Part shown: positions 38,886 to 48,642 of the stretch, one piece after another | Layout of the letters: each line of letters starts with the position of its first letter | How positions within the stretch are numbered: position 1 is the stretch's first letter | Assembly: GCA_963706025.1 (NCBI GenBank) | Contig: CAVPLM010000005.1 | Coordinates: 64,001-128,000, forward strand | DNA: 64,000 nt | Direction: 5' to 3' | Source: an uncultured Actinomycetes bacterium | GTDB lineage: Bacteria > Actinomycetota > Thermoleophilia > RBG-16-64-13 | Translations under genes and position numbers: made by a program | Notes under the pieces: generated by a model | Told to the model about the DNA's origin: nothing | What the model saw: only the letters and a program-made list of their open reading frames with translations | The model's database searches: none

Positions 38886-40210
38886 GCGGAGAGAGAGCGA
38901 GCGAGGACAAGGCGGGCGGGTCCGCGTGCAGCCCTGAGGAGACGTGGGAGTACGTCAACAGCCTGGAGCGGTTGGGTATGCGTCTGGGCCTCGAGCGTGT
39001 CACCAAGCTGGTGGAAGCCCTGGGAGATCCTCACAAGGCCTACCGCACCATCCACGTGGTGGGTACGAACGGCAAGAGCTCGACCACCCGCTTCATCTCC
39101 TCGCTATTGGAAGCCCAAGGCTTCAGGGTGGGCGCGTACGTGTCCCCCCACCTGGTCAGCCTGGCCGAGAGGCAGATGGTGGACTCCTGCCCTTCCACCG
39201 AAGCTGAGTTCTGCGAACTTGTCGCCCGCGTCCGCCCCGTCGTCGAGGAGCTCGAGCGTACGCTCCCTGAGGGAGAGCACCTGACTCAGTTCGAGGTGCT
39301 GACCGCCGTCGCCTTGCTCCATTTCAGGGAGCAAGGCTGCGAGGTGGCCGTTATCGAGGCCGGCCTGGGCGGCCGCCTTGACGCGACCGCGGTCATCTCT
39401 TCCGAGGTGCAGGTCCTCACCAGCATCGGTAGGGAGCACACTGAGCTTCTGGGCGAAACGCTCTCCGCCATCCTCAAGGAGAAGGCGGCGGTCATCCCGT
39501 CGAAGGGGCGGGTCGTCGCCGGATGGCTGGACCCGGATTTGAAGGCCGAGTTGAAGGATATCTGCGTCGACCGAGACGCAGCGTGTCACTTATTGGGCGA
39601 GGAAGTCGTGATCCTCACCGATCCGCGGGCGGAGTCGTTCGACGTCTTCGGCGTCTATGGCTGCTACACCGATCTGCGCCTCAGAGTGTTGGGTGGTTAC
39701 CAGCGGGCCAATGCTGCCCTGGCTGTGGCCGCTGTGGAGCTGTTCACCGGCGGGGAATTGGACCCCGCTTCGGTCCGCGAGGCTCTTGCCTCCACTGCGG
39801 TCCCCGGCCGGCTGGAGGTCATCGGCACCCAGCCGCTTTGCATCTTCGATGGCTCTCACAATCCCCCAGGGATGGCGGAGACCGTGGCGTCACTCGATCA
39901 GATCCTCGAGCGGCGTAGGTTGATCGCCGTGGTCTCGATCCTTCGGGACAAGGAGGCCTCGGAGATGATGCGCCATCTGGCTTCCCGGTGCGACATCATC
40001 TTCGCCACACAGAGTTCCAGTTCCCGCGCATTGACCGCCGACGAGCTGGCCGCTGTCATATCGGGATTAGGCAAAGGTCCGGAGGTGTTCGTCGACCCGG
40101 ACCCACGCTCGGCCATGGTGAGCGCGTACCGGCTGGCAACGTCCAATCAAGTGATCCTGGTGACCGGCTCTTTGACGCTCATCTCCGATTTGAAGCGAGG
40201 ACTGAGCTGA
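38882..40210 (+). CDS. folC: folylpolyglutamate synthase/dihydrofolate synthase
   Basis: HVVGTNGKSS, EAGLGGRLDAT, PGRLE and DGSHNP. Confidence 0.95.
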   Translation: MSGERASEDKAGGSACSPEETWEYVNSLERLGMRLGLERVTKLVEALGDPHKAYRTIHVVGTNGKSSTTRFISSLLEAQGFRVGAYVSPHLVSLAERQMVDSCPSTEAEFCELVARVRPVVEELERTLPEGEHLTQFEVLTAVALLHFREQGCEVAVIEAGLGGRLDATAVISSEVQVLTSIGREHTELLGETLSAILKEKAAVIPSKGRVVAGWLDPDLKAELKDICVDRDAACHLLGEEVVILTDPRAESFDVFGVYGCYTDLRLRVLGGYQRANAALAVAAVELFTGGELDPASVREALASTAVPGRLEVIGTQPLCIFDGSHNPPGMAETVASLDQILERRRLIAVVSILRDKEASEMMRHLASRCDIIFATQSSSSRALTADELAAVISGLGKGPEVFVDPDPRSAMVSAYRLATSNQVILVTGSLTLISDLKRGLS

Positions 40211-40275
40211 CCGTGACCGTGGTATTCTTTACGGCCGGTTATGTCTTCACCCAGGTCCTGAACTAGGGGTGCGGG

Positions 40276-40782
40276 TTGGACGAGCTCTTCGAGACCGTCA
40301 ACACGATCATCAGCTCTCCTCTCTGGATACTCGCCGGGTATGTCTTTGGTTTCTGCGTGGTGGTCCTCTGGTTGGCGCTCGTTTTCTGGACCTACAAAGA
40401 TGCCCGCAAGCGCATCGACGATCCGGTCATCGTGGCGGTGGCCGTTCTCACCTCGCTGATCCTGCCCTTCATGGGCACTGTGGTCTATGCGATTCTCCGG
40501 CCGGCCGAATACTTGGCCGAGGCCCGAGAGCGAGAGTTGGAGGTGCGGGCCATGGAGCAGGAGTTACAGGTCCTGAGGGCTTGTCCCTCCTGCGGCGAGT
40601 TGATCCGACCGGACTACCTGGCCTGTCCCAGCTGTCGGCGGCCCCTGCGGTCGGCCTGCCCCTCGTGCGACAGGGTACTGGAGCCGAGCTGGAAGATATG
40701 TCCTTATTGCGCCCACGACTCGAAGGCCCGTAGGGTCCCACCTCCGATGGATGAGACCTCCGAGCTCATTGAGGCCCGGTGA
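40276..40782 (+). CDS. membrane protein with a double zinc ribbon
   Basis: Two TM segments, then CPSC..CPSC..CPSC..CPYC. Confidence 0.85.
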   Translation: MDELFETVNTIISSPLWILAGYVFGFCVVVLWLALVFWTYKDARKRIDDPVIVAVAVLTSLILPFMGTVVYAILRPAEYLAEARERELEVRAMEQELQVLRACPSCGELIRPDYLACPSCRRPLRSACPSCDRVLEPSWKICPYCAHDSKARRVPPPMDETSELIEAR

Positions 40783-40887
40783 AGATCTGACCGGCGTTTG
40801 CGCCTCGTGTCCTGTGTGATCGGGCTCCGTGGGGGCCCTTATCATGAATCGTGCGCTGATTATCGCCCGGAGAGTCTGGAGGGAAGA

Positions 40888-41310
40888 GTGATAGAACGGA
40901 CGCTCGTATTGGTCAAGCCAAGCGGTGTGGCTCGTGGTCTCATCGGGGAAGTCATAAGCAGATTGGAGCGGCGGGGCCTCTCCATCAAGGTCGCACGCTT
41001 GCTCGTGGTGACCCCGGAGATGGCTGCCAGCCACTACGCGGAGCACAAGGGGAAGGACTTCTACGAGGTTTTGGTTGAGCACATCACGTCGGCCCCGATC
41101 TTCGCCATGGTCGTCGAGGGCCCCTCGGCGGTGAAGGTGGTCCGGGGCATGATGGGAGCCACGAACCCTCTGGAGGCTGCTCCGGGTACGGTGCGGGGCG
41201 ATTTCGGGCTGGATGTGCGGCGAAACGTGGTGCACAGCGCGGACAGCTTGGCCAGTGCCGAGCGCGAGATCGAGATCTTCTTCCCGGAGGGTGGAGACCT
41301 GGTCCCCTGA
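40888..41310 (+). CDS. ndk: nucleoside diphosphate kinase
   Basis: ERTLVLVKP, GATNP..AAPGTVRGDF and RNVVHSADS. Confidence 0.97.
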   Translation: MIERTLVLVKPSGVARGLIGEVISRLERRGLSIKVARLLVVTPEMAASHYAEHKGKDFYEVLVEHITSAPIFAMVVEGPSAVKVVRGMMGATNPLEAAPGTVRGDFGLDVRRNVVHSADSLASAEREIEIFFPEGGDLVP

Positions 41311-41343
41311 GCGGTTCCGTAGATCACTCAATCAGAGAAAAGG

Positions 41344-42042
41344 ATGACTTCGGGCGGGACTGTGGATCTCAGGCCGTCATTCCCAGCTGATTTCCAGCTT
41401 GTCCTCGCGTCGCAGTCTCCGCGCCGGCACTCTCTTCTGCGAGATGTCGGGGTCCCTTTCACCGTCGTGCCCTCAGATGCCGAGGAAGTGCTTGAGGGAG
41501 AGGCTGTCGCCGCTTTGGCCGAGAAGAACGCCGTATCCAAAGTGCGAGGAGGAGCTCTGCCTGCCGGTATCGTGCCGGGTGCGTTCGTTTTGGGCACGGA
41601 CACCCTGGTGACCGTCGGCGGTCGAGCCATGGGCAAGCCGGGCTCGGCCGGCGAGGCGGCCCAGATGCTCGAAGCCCTCTCGGGTAGGACGCACCAGGTC
41701 GTCTCTGGGGTGGCGCTCGCGCGGACCGTTCGGCCTTCTGGAATGGTCGATGCCTTCTTGACGGTCGGACGCGGCGGCTCCGTGATCCTGTCCGAGGTCC
41801 TTGTCGAGCATGCCGTGACCGACGTGACCTTTCTCGCTCTGGAAGCGGCGGACGTGGATGCCTACATCGCCTCGGGGGAATGGAGGGGCAAGGCGGGGGC
41901 CTATGCCGTCCAAGGCTTGGCCGGATCTTTCGTCTCGGAGATACGGGGTGAGTACAGCAATGTGGTAGGACTCCCTCTGTGCCTGCTCGCTCGCATGTTC
42001 AGGGAGTCGGGCTTCGATCTGCTGCGGCGGACCTGGCTTTGA
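41344..42042 (+). CDS. maf: Maf-family nucleoside triphosphate pyrophosphatase
   Basis: LASQSPRR, GTDT.V, GKAGAY and NVVGLP. Confidence 0.95.
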   Translation: MTSGGTVDLRPSFPADFQLVLASQSPRRHSLLRDVGVPFTVVPSDAEEVLEGEAVAALAEKNAVSKVRGGALPAGIVPGAFVLGTDTLVTVGGRAMGKPGSAGEAAQMLEALSGRTHQVVSGVALARTVRPSGMVDAFLTVGRGGSVILSEVLVEHAVTDVTFLALEAADVDAYIASGEWRGKAGAYAVQGLAGSFVSEIRGEYSNVVGLPLCLLARMFRESGFDLLRRTWL

Positions 42043-42086
42043 GCGGCTTGTTTGCCGGCCGCCCGCCGCGTTCGCGGGCCAGCGGG

Positions 42087-42092
42087 TATAAT
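42087..42092 (+). promoter_or_regulatory. -10 element upstream of mreB
   Basis: Perfect TATAAT in a GC-rich intergenic region. Confidence 0.6.
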
Positions 42093-42151
42093 ACCCGGGC
42101 GCCGTGTCCCGAGGGACGCGGCTCGGCGAGCGCTTACCTGGAGGACGCTTT

Positions 42152-43195
42152 ATAGGCTTTGCTGAGTTCATCACCGGCTTTGCCGGACGAGATATGGCAG
42201 TGGATCTGGGTACTGCCACCACGCTGGTGTACGTCCGCGGACGAGGCATCGTCCTCTCCGAGCCGTCGGTCGTGGCCATCGATTCCCGATCGGGAGAGGT
42301 TCTGGCGGTCGGCTCCGATGCCAAGCGCATGCTCGGCCGGACGCCGGGGACCATCACAGCCATCAGACCGCTGAAGGACGGAGTCATCGCCGACTTCGAC
42401 GTGACCGAGCAGATGTTGCGGCACTTCATCCAGCGGGTCCACCAGAATCGCTGGGCTCACCCTCGAGTGGTCGTGTGCGTGCCCTCCGGGGTGACCGGGG
42501 TGGAGCGGCGCGCGGTCGAGGAAGCCACCATCAGCGCCGGCGCCCGTTCGGCCTACCTGATCGAGGAGCCCATGGCTGCCGCCATCGGGGCGGGCCTCCC
42601 TGTGGTCGAGCCCACGGGCAGCATGATCGTCGACATCGGCGGCGGCACCAGCGAGGTGGCGGTCATCTCCCTGGCGGGGATAGTCGTGGCGCAGTCGGTC
42701 CGGATCGGGGGCGACGAGCTCGACGAGGCGATCATCGCCTACATCAAGAAGGAATATAAGCTCATGATCGGCAGCCAGACCGCCGAGGAGTTGAAGCTGG
42801 AGATCGGCTCGGCCTTCCCGTTGGAGCAGGAAGAAGAGGCCGAGATCAGAGGACGCGACCTCGTGACCGGCCTGCCGAAGACCCTGGTGATCTCCTCCGA
42901 GGAAGTGCGCGAAGCCATCGCCGAACCGGTGGCGGTCATCATCGATGCCATCAAAGCCACCCTCGACAAGACTCCCCCGGAACTGGCCTCCGACATCATG
43001 GACCGGGGCATCATGCTCGCGGGAGGAGGGTCTTTGCTGCGAGGCATGTGCGAGCGTGTCCGCGATGAGACCCAGATGCCGGTGAATCTGGCCGAGTCAC
43101 CGCTCACTTGCGTAGCGGTGGGCTCCGGCCGGTCCCTCGAGGAGTTCGATACGCTACATCGGACGTCACAAAAGGCGAAGAGACGCCGCTACTAG
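42152..43195 (+). CDS. mreB: rod shape-determining protein MreB; start probably ATA 42152
   Basis: [34 protein letters not shown] and LAGGGSLL. Confidence 0.97.
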   Translation: MGFAEFITGFAGRDMAVDLGTATTLVYVRGRGIVLSEPSVVAIDSRSGEVLAVGSDAKRMLGRTPGTITAIRPLKDGVIADFDVTEQMLRHFIQRVHQNRWAHPRVVVCVPSGVTGVERRAVEEATISAGARSAYLIEEPMAAAIGAGLPVVEPTGSMIVDIGGGTSEVAVISLAGIVVAQSVRIGGDELDEAIIAYIKKEYKLMIGSQTAEELKLEIGSAFPLEQEEEAEIRGRDLVTGLPKTLVISSEEVREAIAEPVAVIIDAIKATLDKTPPELASDIMDRGIMLAGGGSLLRGMCERVRDETQMPVNLAESPLTCVAVGSGRSLEEFDTLHRTSQKAKRRRY

Positions 43196-43210
43196 ATAGC
43201 GGGGGCCCAG

Positions 43211-44080
43211 ATGGTGCGTAACAAGGTAGTCTGGAGACGACTGGTGTTCGTCGTCTTGATAATCGCGTCATTGGCGATCCTCACCGTCTCGTTCAGGGAA
43301 TCGGAGTCGGGTCCTGTTCACGCGGTTCAGCAGGCCGGACTCAGCCTCCTGTCTCCGCTTCAGTCATGGGGCGCTCGGGCCGCGGAACCCTTCCAGGACG
43401 GCTATGGTTGGATCCGGACCCTGTGGTCGGCGCATCAAGAGGTCGAACGCCTGGCGGCAGAGCTGCAAGAGCTCCAGGGGGAAGCCGTGAAACTCAAGGA
43501 ACAGGCGGAAGAGAACCAGCGCTTGAAGAGCCTGCTGGATCTCCGAGACAAGGCTACCTTCCCTGAGGGGACCGATTTCGAAGTGGCTCGGGTCACCGGG
43601 AAGTCGCCCACCCGCTGGGAGGCTTGGATCCAGATAGACAAGGGCTCGGCCGACGGTATCAGGGTGGATCAACCGGTGGTGGGAGCTACGCCTACGGCCG
43701 GAGAATCGCTGGCAGGCAAGGGGCTGGTGGGCAAGGTCACCGCGGTCACCGCTCATTCGGCCCAGGTGCAGCTCATAACCGACTCCGAATCGAGCGTGGC
43801 CGCGAAGATACAAGGACCCCGGGCCGAAGGTATCGTCGAGGGTTCGGTGTCGGGCACGCTGACCATGGATTTCGTCGACCGGGACATTCCCGACGTGGAG
43901 CCCAAGCTGGTGGTGGTCACCTCGGGGTTCGGCGGCATCTATCCTCCGGCCATCCCTATCGGCATAGTCGCAGACGTGGGCGAGGAGGATGTCAACATTT
44001 ACAAAGAGATCGAGGTCCAGGCCTTCGTCGATTTCCGGGTGCTCGAGGAAGTCATGGTACTGATCCTTCCGGAGGCATGA
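43211..44080 (+). CDS. mreC: rod shape-determining protein MreC
   Basis: N-terminal TM, coiled coil EENQRLK.LL, IDKGS.DG and TSG.GG.YP..IPIG. Confidence 0.93.
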   Translation: MVRNKVVWRRLVFVVLIIASLAILTVSFRESESGPVHAVQQAGLSLLSPLQSWGARAAEPFQDGYGWIRTLWSAHQEVERLAAELQELQGEAVKLKEQAEENQRLKSLLDLRDKATFPEGTDFEVARVTGKSPTRWEAWIQIDKGSADGIRVDQPVVGATPTAGESLAGKGLVGKVTAVTAHSAQVQLITDSESSVAAKIQGPRAEGIVEGSVSGTLTMDFVDRDIPDVEPKLVVVTSGFGGIYPPAIPIGIVADVGEEDVNIYKEIEVQAFVDFRVLEEVMVLILPEA

Positions 44081-44081
44081 A

Positions 44082-44621
44082 GTGGGTCGCAGGCGCCTCA
44101 TAGCGGCGGGGAAAGTGCTGTTGCTCCTCGTCATCGCGGTCGCGTTGCAGACCCTTATCGTGTCGCGAGTGAGTGTCCTTGGGGTCACCGCCGATCTCTT
44201 TCTGATCTTCACCGTGGTGGTGGCGATGGGTCGGGGTTCCATGGAGGGCGCTATCTTCGGCTTCTTCGCCGGCCTGATCGCCGACATCGCCTTCTTCCAG
44301 CCCTTGGGAGTGCGGGCGCTCATCTACGTGCTTGCAGGTTACTTCGTGGGGATGTTCGTCGCCCGGTTCGGGATGATGACCCCCTGGGGGGTACTGTTCT
44401 TGGCGGGGGGAACTTCCTTCGTCGCCCAGTTCGTCTTTGGGTTGTTCCAGTACATCATGGGCCCGCAGGCTGATTTCCTTACCATGGTGGGCACGCAGAT
44501 GCTGCCGGAGGCCATCCTCGACGCGCTCATCGCCGTCCCGGTCTACGCGCTCTTGGTCCGTCTGCGGGTCATCCGGGCTCCCGGTGTGTCACCAGCAACG
44601 GGTAGGAGTGGGGCGGAATGA
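44082..44621 (+). CDS. mreD: rod shape-determining protein MreD
   Basis: Hydrophobic protein with GAIFGFFAGLIAD; operon position. Confidence 0.9.
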   Translation: MGRRRLIAAGKVLLLLVIAVALQTLIVSRVSVLGVTADLFLIFTVVVAMGRGSMEGAIFGFFAGLIADIAFFQPLGVRALIYVLAGYFVGMFVARFGMMTPWGVLFLAGGTSFVAQFVFGLFQYIMGPQADFLTMVGTQMLPEAILDALIAVPVYALLVRLRVIRAPGVSPATGRSGAE

Positions 44622-46543
44622 TCCTGCGTCCGGTAAAAGAGAGAAGACCGCCCGAGGACGATTCCTTTGTGGGCATCAGGGTGGGCGTGCTGCTGCTTGT
44701 CGCTTTCGCCCTTCTTGCGGTGCTTGTCTTCCGTTTGTGGTTCCTCCAGGTCCTCTCCGGCGACGAGTTCGTCGCCTACGCGAAAGACAATCGAGTGCGC
44801 GAGGTGGTGATCGAGGCGCCCCGGGGGGTCGTTTATGATCGCAATGGACAGATCCTGGTTGAGAATCGGGCGGGTCTGAGCGTCGGGCTTCTGCCTATGC
44901 GTATGTACGACCCGGAGGAAGAACCCGCGCAGTTCCAGGCTGAGATCTCCAACTTGGCGGGACTGCTCGAGATCCCCGAAGCCGATCTACTCAAGGCCTA
45001 CGAGCGGGCCACGAAGGACCCCTACGTGACACATACGGTCAAAGATGACGTTTCGGAGAGCTCGACGGTGGCCTACCTCAAAGAGCACAGCCTGGATTTT
45101 CCCGGCGTCGAGGTGGAGACATCGTCTTTGCGCCAATACCCGTATAGATCGTTTGCCACTCACCTGCTGGGCTATGTCGGCGAGATATCCGAGAACGATC
45201 TGGATCAGACCTTGTTCGCCGAGCTCGAGGCCGGAGCCCACATCGGCAAGGATGGGGTGGAACGCACCTACGACTCGTTCCTCCGCGGTACGGATGGCCG
45301 TAAGACGGTCGAGGTGGACGCAGCCGGCCGCCCGAAGAAGTTCCTCGAGGATGTGGCGGCCAAGCCGGGCAACAATCTGGTCCTGACCATCGACACCGAG
45401 TTGCAGCAGGCGGCGGAAGAAGCCATCGCAGAGGGCCTCGAGCGGGCCCACCAGGACCCACAATTCGCGAAAGCGGCCGCTGGGGCGGTGGTGGCTCTCG
45501 ACCCGCGCAGCGGGCAGGTACTGGCCCTGGCCTCCTATCCGGACTACGATCCTACGCTGTGGGTGGGAGGCATGAGCAGCGAGTCGTACGCGGAGCTGAA
45601 GGCGCCGGAGGCCCACAATCCTCTGTTCGATCGGGTCCTCAGCGGTCTGTATCCGGCCGCCTCCACGTTCAAGGCCTTCGTAGCCGCCGCGGCTCTCGAC
45701 GCAGGGATCGTCAAAGCGGACACCATCCTGCACTGCGACGGCAGCTTCGAGGCGGCTGGGCAGAAGTGGAAGTGCTGGAAGGATGAAGGCCATGGCGATC
45801 TGAACCTTATCGCGGCCATCGCCCAATCCTGCGATGTCTATTTCTACAACCTGGGATACCTGCTGTACAAGCAGACCGGGGCCGTGCTCCAGGAGGGGGT
45901 ACGCGAGTTCGGTTTCGGGCGGCCGACCGGCATCGACCTTCCCGGAGAGACGAACGGGACTCGGGTCCCCGACAGATTGTGGAAGCAGGAAACCGGTAAG
46001 GACGCGGAAGCGCAGGCTTGGAAGCCCGGGGACGAGATCAACTTGGCCATCGGGCAGGGCGACCTCTTGGTCACGCCCCTGCAGATGGCCGTGGCGCTGT
46101 CCGCCATCGCCAACGGCGGTGATGTGTGGGTGCCTCATCTGGGTCTGAAGATCACGGACTCCTCCGGCAACGTCATCCACCAGTTCGAGAGCGAGAAGCG
46201 CGGGGAGCTCGGCTTCAGTGACGATATCTTGAGCACGGTGAGGAGAGGCATGAGACTGGTGACCTCCGACCCCTCCGGCACCGCGTACGCCACTTTTGCG
46301 AACTTCCCCCTGTCCGTGGCCGGCAAGACGGGTACTGCGGAGAAGAAGCCGGATGCCGACTACGCGCTCTTCATGGGATACGCCCCCGCCGACGGCAACT
46401 CCGAGCCGGAGATAGTGGTGGTCGCCATCGTTGAGCAAGGAGGGCACGGCAGTTCCGTGGCTGCTCCGGTGGTCCGCCGTGTCATGGAGGCCTATTTCCA
46501 TACCGAATCACCGGGACCGCAAAACGTCCCGGTGACGGAATAA
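44618..46543 (+). CDS. mrdA: penicillin-binding protein 2
   Basis: APRG..YDRNG, STFK (SxxK), SCD (SxN-equivalent) and KTGT. Confidence 0.95.
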   Translation: MILRPVKERRPPEDDSFVGIRVGVLLLVAFALLAVLVFRLWFLQVLSGDEFVAYAKDNRVREVVIEAPRGVVYDRNGQILVENRAGLSVGLLPMRMYDPEEEPAQFQAEISNLAGLLEIPEADLLKAYERATKDPYVTHTVKDDVSESSTVAYLKEHSLDFPGVEVETSSLRQYPYRSFATHLLGYVGEISENDLDQTLFAELEAGAHIGKDGVERTYDSFLRGTDGRKTVEVDAAGRPKKFLEDVAAKPGNNLVLTIDTELQQAAEEAIAEGLERAHQDPQFAKAAAGAVVALDPRSGQVLALASYPDYDPTLWVGGMSSESYAELKAPEAHNPLFDRVLSGLYPAASTFKAFVAAAALDAGIVKADTILHCDGSFEAAGQKWKCWKDEGHGDLNLIAAIAQSCDVYFYNLGYLLYKQTGAVLQEGVREFGFGRPTGIDLPGETNGTRVPDRLWKQETGKDAEAQAWKPGDEINLAIGQGDLLVTPLQMAVALSAIANGGDVWVPHLGLKITDSSGNVIHQFESEKRGELGFSDDILSTVRRGMRLVTSDPSGTAYATFANFPLSVAGKTGTAEKKPDADYALFMGYAPADGNSEPEIVVVAIVEQGGHGSSVAAPVVRRVMEAYFHTESPGPQNVPVTE

Positions 46544-46554
46544 ACGGCGGCCCG

Positions 46555-47755
46555 ATGAATCAACACGCCAGCGTGCTACAGACGGGGCGAGAACGCCGGC
46601 AGCCCCTGGGTTTCTCCCTGGGCGCGTACCTGCGCAGCCTCGACTGGATCTTGCTGGCGGCCACGCTTGCTCTGGCCGCGTTCGGCCTGTTCATGCTCTA
46701 CTCGGCCACCCACGCCGACCCGAACATCTCCAGCCCGTTCTTCTACGTGCGGTCACAGGGGATCGGCTTGGTGCTGGGATTCGTCTTCATGATCATTCTG
46801 AGCGTCGTGAACTACCAGCACATCGCTCGATGGCGGACCTATATCTATGGGCTCACCCTGGTGCTGCTCGTCCTGACTCTGGTCCTCGGCTCCGGGGACG
46901 AGACGGTGGGGGCCAACCGTTGGCTCGAGTTGCCGTTCTTGAGACTGCAGACGTCCGAACTGGCCAAGCTTCTACTCATCCTCTCCCTCGGAGCCGTGCT
47001 CGCCGAGGGGGTCGAGCTCCGGCGACGTCTGCGCTTCGTGATCCTGTGCGTCGTGTACACGCTCATCCCCTGCGCGCTCGTGTTCTTGCAGCCCGATCTC
47101 GGGACCGCACTGGTGTTCCTCGCCATCCTCATGGTCATGCTGATCGTCTGGGGCATCCGCCTGTCGCATCTGGGGCTTCTGGCCGGCGTAGGGATCTTCG
47201 CGATCGTGTTCGCTCTGCGGATCCTACCCAGCGTCTTTGGCGTCAGCCTCCTCAAGGACTACCAGATGAATAGGCTCACGACCTTCCTGAATCCGGAGAA
47301 TCGATCCCACGGGCCTGGGATACCAGTTGACCCAGAGCAAGATCGCAGTGGGCAGCGGCATGTTCACCGGGAAGGGCTACATGGAAGGAACGCAGACGCA
47401 TCTCAATTTCTTACCGGCCCATCACACCGACTTCATCTTCTCGGTCATCGGTGAGGAGTTGGGCTTCATGGGAGCGATGCTACTGCTCGGACTGTTCGCG
47501 TTGATCATCTGGCGGGCGTTTCGGATCGCCCGCATGTCTCGCCACCTGTACGGTACCCTGATCGCCGCCGGTGTGGCGGCCGTGTTCGTCTTCCAGGTCT
47601 TCGTGAATGTAGGCATGACCATGGGGATCATGCCGGTGACCGGGATCCCGTTGCCCCTCGTCAGTTTTGGTAGCAGCTCCCTGGTAGTATTCTTTATGGC
47701 TGTCGGCCTATTGGAGAGCGTGCACGTCCATTCAGTGGCCGGCCCGAACACGTAG
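46555..47755 (+). CDS. rodA: SEDS glycosyltransferase RodA; apparent frameshift near 47300
   Basis: GANRWL, QTSELAK and QPDLGT, then in the next frame SKIAVGSG, HTDFIF, PVTGIPLPLVSFG. Confidence 0.93.
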
Positions 47756-47789
47756 GGACCTTGACACCAGAGGGATCGGGAGGGTGCAA

Positions 47790-48642
47790 GTGGCCAAGTT
47801 ACCGCTCAACTTGTCGAAAGCCATCGAGGCCTGGAAAGAAGTCTCGACCAGGACCGAGCAGTCGGCCGGCATACGTCCTGGCCGGGGAGAGCCGGCTGGT
47901 GGAGTTGGCGCAGCACCACTTCTCGGTCGGGGGAACCGTGCCGGCCACCTGGGTCGGACCCTTGGCGGAGCTGCCCGGATTCTTGTCAGGCCCCGGCGAA
48001 GTCCTGGTGGTGCTGGTTCCGGCCGCCGCCGAAGCGGAAGCTTTGGACGCGATAGAGCGGTCGGCGCCGAGGGGCGGAGCTGTCATCGCGGTCGAAGAAG
48101 GCGCGCAGGCAACGGGCAGGGTGACTCATCCGGGTCTGGGGCTTGCACGAGTGTCGTTCTCCGACTCGGCTGCCGGCTGGCGTCAGGTCTTTGCCTGTTG
48201 CGCCACCGAGGCGGGGCATCAATCGGTGGCCCTCGCCCGCCGCTATCCGGCACTGAGGATGGCCGCGGCCCAGAAAGTGATCAACAGGACCGCCGGCCAG
48301 AACGCCTTGATCGGTTTGGCGTTCTTCGTTCCCGGGGCCGACATGCCGGCCATGACTCTCAACCAGATCAAGATGGTGCTATCCGTCGCCGGCATCCACG
48401 GGGAAAGGATCGATCTCGATCGGGCGGTGGAGCTTGCGGCGATCGTGGGGATGGGCTTCGGGTTCCGATCCGTTTCCCGCAGGCTCGCCCGGCGGATGCC
48501 GGCGGTCGGCTGGGTGCTGAAGCCCCTGACCGGCTATGGGGCGACCATGGCGATGGGTCTGGGTGCAGTCCGCTACTTCGAGAAAGGCGCTCCTGCCTCC
48601 ACCAGCCGGGTGGTGGCTCTTGCCGGCTCTCTGAAGCATTGA
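47790..48642 (+). CDS. hypothetical protein with a DUF697/EcsC-like C-terminus; apparent frameshift near 47873
   Basis: GGAGG before GTG 47790 (MAKLPLNL); C-terminal PGADMP.MTLNQIKMV...G..T.AMG. Confidence 0.65.

Noticed and set aside
46555-47755. rodA, obg, rng, pcrA and mtnP as pseudogenes or programmed frameshifts
   Set aside because: Both halves are intact, there are no shared slippery sites, and the pattern is typical of sequencing error.
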